A stretch of DNA of 35,774 nucleotides from positions 1-35,774 of the forward strand of contig ONXT01000253.1 of the NCBI GenBank assembly GCA_900321845.1, given 5' to 3'. Both the position numbers and the translations under genes were made by a program. Shown piece by piece: positions 32,863 to 35,774 of this stretch. Origin of the DNA: an uncultured Bacteroidales bacterium. Its GTDB lineage: Bacteria > Bacteroidota > Bacteroidia > Bacteroidales > WCHB1-69. Below the pieces are notes generated by a model. That model was not told the DNA's origin. It saw nothing but the letters and a program-made list of their open reading frames with translations, and ran no database searches. Each line of letters starts with the position of its first letter. Position 1 is the stretch's first letter.

Positions 32863-35472
32863 TTACTTTTTCTTCTTTCGAACAAGCATTTCCTTGATTT
32901 CGTTCAATTTCATCAAAGCCTCTACGGGGGTGAGTGAGTTGATGTCCAAATCCACGATGATGTTCTTGATATCTAAAAGAAGTGGATCGTCTAACTGTAT
33001 GAAACTCAGTTGGTAACCAGGGTCTGCCTTTTTGGTGATGTGCTTTTCCACCTTGTTTTCGTGATTCTCCTCAAGTTGTTTGAGCACTTCGTTGGCGCGG
33101 CTGAGCACGCTGGCGGGCATTCCAGCCATCCTTGCCACATGGATGCCGAAGCTGTGTTCGCTTCCTCCCTTTTCCAACTTCCTGAGAAACAGTATCTTAT
33201 TGTTGATTTCCTTGACGGAGACGTGGTAATTTTTTATGCGTGGAAATTGCGCGGCCATATCGTTGAGTTCATGGTAATGGGTGGCGAACAATACCTTGGC
33301 TCGGTGCATCGGGTGCTCGTGCAGGTATTCCGCGATGGCCCACGCGATGGAAACGCCGTCGTAAGTGCTTGTGCCTCTGCCGATTTCATCAAGTAGAACC
33401 AGACTACGGTCGGAGATGTTGTTGAGGATACTGGCGGTTTCGTTCATTTCCACCATAAAGGTGGATTCGCCTGTGGAGATGTTGTCGGAGGCCCCCACGC
33501 GGGTGAAAATTTTGTCGATGATGCCGATGCGCGCCTTCTTAGCCGGTACGAAACAGCCCATTTGCGCCATCAGCACAATCAGCGCGGTTTGGCGCAACAA
33601 TGCGGATTTACCCGACATATTCGGCCCTGTGATGATGATAATCTGCTGTTTTTCATTGTCTAAATAGACGTCGTTGGCGATGTAGGTTTCCCCTGGAGGA
33701 AGCTGGGTTTCAATCACGGCGTGCCGACCCTGCTTGATGTCGATGACGGTGCTGTCGTCAATGTCGGGACGGACGTAATGATTGGATTCGGAAATGCTTG
33801 CAAAACAGGCGAGCACATCGATACGTGCCACAATGCGGGCATCAAGCTGCATCATCGGAATGAAGTCGATGAGCGAGAGCACAAGGTCGTTGTAAAGGCG
33901 GGCTTCAATGGACAGAATCTTGTCTTCTGCTCCTAAAATCCTGCTTTCCAGTTCTTTAAGTTCCTCCGTGATATAGCGTTCGCCGTTGGTGAGCGTCTGT
34001 TTGCGTATCCAGGTCGTGGGGACTTTGCTTTTGTGCGCGTTGGTCACCTCGATATAATAGCCGAAAACGTTGTTGAAGCCGATTTTAAGCGAGGGAATGC
34101 CGGTTTGTTCAGATTCGCGGCGTTGAATTTCGGCGAGAATTTCCTTGCTATTGGTGGCAAGGGCGCAAAGTTCGTCTAATTCACTGTCAACGTTGCTGTT
34201 GAAGACGCGTCCCTTGTTGAGTATGACCGGGGCGTCGGGGTTGATTTCTTTTTCAATGCGTTCGCAAATGCTGATGCATGGGTTGATTTGTTCGGCGGTT
34301 TTCAGGAAAGATTTCTGTTTCTGCTGGGCGCACAATGTTTGAAGATGCTCGATGGAGCGGAGGGCGCGGGCCAGTTGCAGCAGTTCCCGCGGATTGATTT
34401 TTGCGCTGGAGATTTTGGAGACGATGCGCTCCACATCGCCGATATTGCGGATGCAGGATTCAACATCGTTTTTAAATTTCTGATTGTCAATGAAATAACT
34501 TACGCATTCCAAGCGCTCGTCTATGAGCGTCTTCTCTTTCAAAGGCATCAGGATCCATTTTTTCAGAAGCCGTCCGCCCATTGGGGTGAGCGTGTGGTCG
34601 AGGATTTGCAGCAGTGTCACCGCATTTTCGTTAGGGGAGTGGATGAGCTCCAGATTGCGGATGGTGAATTGGTCGAGCCAAACATAAAACTCCTCTTCGA
34701 TGCGGTTTATCTTATTGATATGTTGCGTTTTATGGTTTTGGGTTTCGTTGAGGTAATGGAGTGCGGCGCCGGCGGCGATGATGCCATCGGAGAGGTTTTC
34801 AACGCCGAAACCTTTGAGGGAGTTGGTATTGAAATGCTTGGTGAGCAGCGGGAGGGCGTAGTCGGAGGTGAAAACCCAGTCGTCGAAGGTGGTGAGCAGG
34901 ATTTTTTCGCCGAAGTGCTCGCGGAAATTCTCCACTTTGTTTTTTTGGATAACCATTTCAGCGGGCTTGAAGTTCTGTAGGAGTTTGTCGATGTATTCGT
35001 GGTTGCCTTCGGCAAGATAGAATTCGCCGGTGGAGACATCTACGAAGGCGACACCGCTCTGTTTTTCGTTGTAGTGGATGGCACCGAGGAAGTTGTTCTC
35101 CTTTTGTTCCAGAATTTTGTCGTTGGTGGCAATGCCCGGGGTGACCAGTTCGGTGATGCCGCGTTTGACGACTGTTTTGGCCAGTTTGGGGTCTTCGAGC
35201 TGGTCGCAGATGGCGACGCGGTAGCCGGCGCGCACTAATTTGGGCAGATAGGTGTCGATGGCATGATGGGGGAAGCCGGCAAGGTCCATGTCGGCGGCGG
35301 CCCCGTTGGCGCGCTTGGTCAGCACAATCCCCAGAATCTTCGAGGTCTTGATGGCGTCTTCTCCGAAGGTCTCAAAAAAATCGCCCACACGGAACAGCAA
35401 AATGGCGTCCGGGTATTTGGATTTGAACAGGTTGTACTGTTTCATCATCGGAGTTTCTACTTGTTTTGCCAT
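32863..35472 (-). CDS. mutS: DNA mismatch repair protein MutS
   Basis: I place the start at [34 protein letters not shown] (ATG at 35472), giving 869 aa. It has Walker [14 protein letters not shown], plus STFMVEM and [12 protein letters not shown] blocks. The tracked upstream ATG (35505) would lie upstream of the putative -7 box. Confidence 0.97.
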   Translation of the reverse strand: MAKQVETPMMKQYNLFKSKYPDAILLFRVGDFFETFGEDAIKTSKILGIVLTKRANGAAADMDLAGFPHHAIDTYLPKLVRAGYRVAICDQLEDPKLAKTVVKRGITELVTPGIATNDKILEQKENNFLGAIHYNEKQSGVAFVDVSTGEFYLAEGNHEYIDKLLQNFKPAEMVIQKNKVENFREHFGEKILLTTFDDWVFTSDYALPLLTKHFNTNSLKGFGVENLSDGIIAAGAALHYLNETQNHKTQHINKINRIEEEFYVWLDQFTIRNLELIHSPNENAVTLLQILDHTLTPMGGRLLKKWILMPLKEKTLIDERLECVSYFIDNQKFKNDVESCIRNIGDVERIVSKISSAKINPRELLQLARALRSIEHLQTLCAQQKQKSFLKTAEQINPCISICERIEKEINPDAPVILNKGRVFNSNVDSELDELCALATNSKEILAEIQRRESEQTGIPSLKIGFNNVFGYYIEVTNAHKSKVPTTWIRKQTLTNGERYITEELKELESRILGAEDKILSIEARLYNDLVLSLIDFIPMMQLDARIVARIDVLACFASISESNHYVRPDIDDSTVIDIKQGRHAVIETQLPPGETYIANDVYLDNEKQQIIIITGPNMSGKSALLRQTALIVLMAQMGCFVPAKKARIGIIDKIFTRVGASDNISTGESTFMVEMNETASILNNISDRSLVLLDEIGRGTSTYDGVSIAWAIAEYLHEHPMHRAKVLFATHYHELNDMAAQFPRIKNYHVSVKEINNKILFLRKLEKGGSEHSFGIHVARMAGMPASVLSRANEVLKQLEENHENKVEKHITKKADPGYQLSFIQLDDPLLLDIKNIIVDLDINSLTPVEALMKLNEIKEMLVRKKKK

Positions 35473-35490
35473 AGCTCGAAGATTTGAGCG

Positions 35491-35498
35491 CAAAAGTA
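35491..35498 (-). promoter_or_regulatory. -7 promoter box (TACTTTTG on minus strand) for mutS
   Basis: The + strand reads CAAAAGTA, 19 nt upstream of ATG 35472. Confidence 0.5.
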
Positions 35499-35543
35499 CG
35501 CACATTTCCCCAAAATCAAGACGTTATTTTTTAATTTTTTATT

Positions 35544-35568
35544 TACTTTTGCGCACTCATTATCTTTG
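35544..35568 (+). promoter_or_regulatory. Two tandem -7 promoter boxes (TACTTTTG at 35544-35551, TATCTTTG at 35561-35568) for the rightmost gene
   Basis: Both are exact TAnnTTTG matches, 17 nt apart, 92-109 nt upstream of ATG 35660 and divergent from mutS. Confidence 0.45.
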
Positions 35569-35659
35569 CGTAACAATTTTGCGGATAATCAGTATTATGC
35601 GAGCAGACGGATATCCGCTGTGCCCCTTGTTTTGTGTTGTTGCTTAATATAAATATTGT

Positions 35660-35774
35660 ATGAAATTCACTTTGTTTTTCCTCGGTTGTCTGTTTTTTTT
35701 CGGATTCATTTCCCTGAAAATCATCAAAGCGGTCAGGAAGTATTTCACGCCTCCTGTTTCGGAAATTGAAATTC
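35660..35774 (+). CDS. Membrane/secreted protein, N-terminal 38 aa only (runs off right edge)
   Basis: ATG at 35660 gives MKFTLFFLGCLFFFGFISLKIIKAVRKYFTPPVSEIEI with no stop before the window ends. It has a hydrophobic N-terminus and lies downstream of the two promoter boxes. Confidence 0.4.
   Translation, partial: MKFTLFFLGCLFFFGFISLKIIKAVRKYFTPPVSEIEI

Noticed and set aside
34288-34980. + strand ORF of 230 aa inside mutS. Similar cases are 4276..4914 (+) in recN, 12493..13002 (+) in mnmG, 27639..28178 (+) in kdsC, 16563..17042 (-) and 17445..17927 (-) in the OmpA-family gene, 32146..32778 (-) in the MbnP-like gene, and 26258..26851 (+) in the Gre-NUDIX gene.
   Set aside because: All are antisense to genes with strong motif support and have low-complexity or R/L/V/G-rich translations with no signals of their own. 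I treat them as shadow ORFs.

Overview
This window looks like an ordinary core-chromosome segment of a Bacteroidota genome. Three things support that assignment: a cargo protein with a T9SS C-terminal sorting domain, repeated TAnnTTTG -7 promoter boxes placed correctly upstream of genes and tRNAs, and the tightly packed gene run bamD-rpoZ-coaBC-DUF4835-recN. I call about 33 protein genes. These are gap, recN, coaBC, rpoZ, bamD, comEC, mnmG, ybeY, aroK, mazG, thpR, rfbC, kdsC, ispE, folA, mutS, plus envelope proteins, lipoproteins and hypotheticals. I also call three tRNAs: Arg-CCT, Cys-GCA and Thr-CGT. Gene packing is tight, with several overlapping start/stop junctions. I saw no transposase, integrase, phage gene, CRISPR array, toxin-antitoxin pair or recognisable defence island, so I do not think the window holds a clear novel multi-gene system. 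Six items deserve a second look: (1) one ORF fusing a Gre-factor-like C-terminal domain to a NUDIX hydrolase; (2) a lipoprotein with a metallothionein-like tail (12 Cys in 39 aa) sitting between tRNA genes; (3) a LytTR regulator with a degenerate receiver, divergent from comEC, with 21-bp-phased direct repeats in the shared intergenic region; (4) a 410-bp AT-rich non-coding gap with six TTATCA-type motifs; (5) three tRNAs that each sit directly upstream of a same-strand protein gene; (6) a large unrecognisable protein translationally coupled to gap. All functional calls come from reading the translated sequences by eye. No database search was run.
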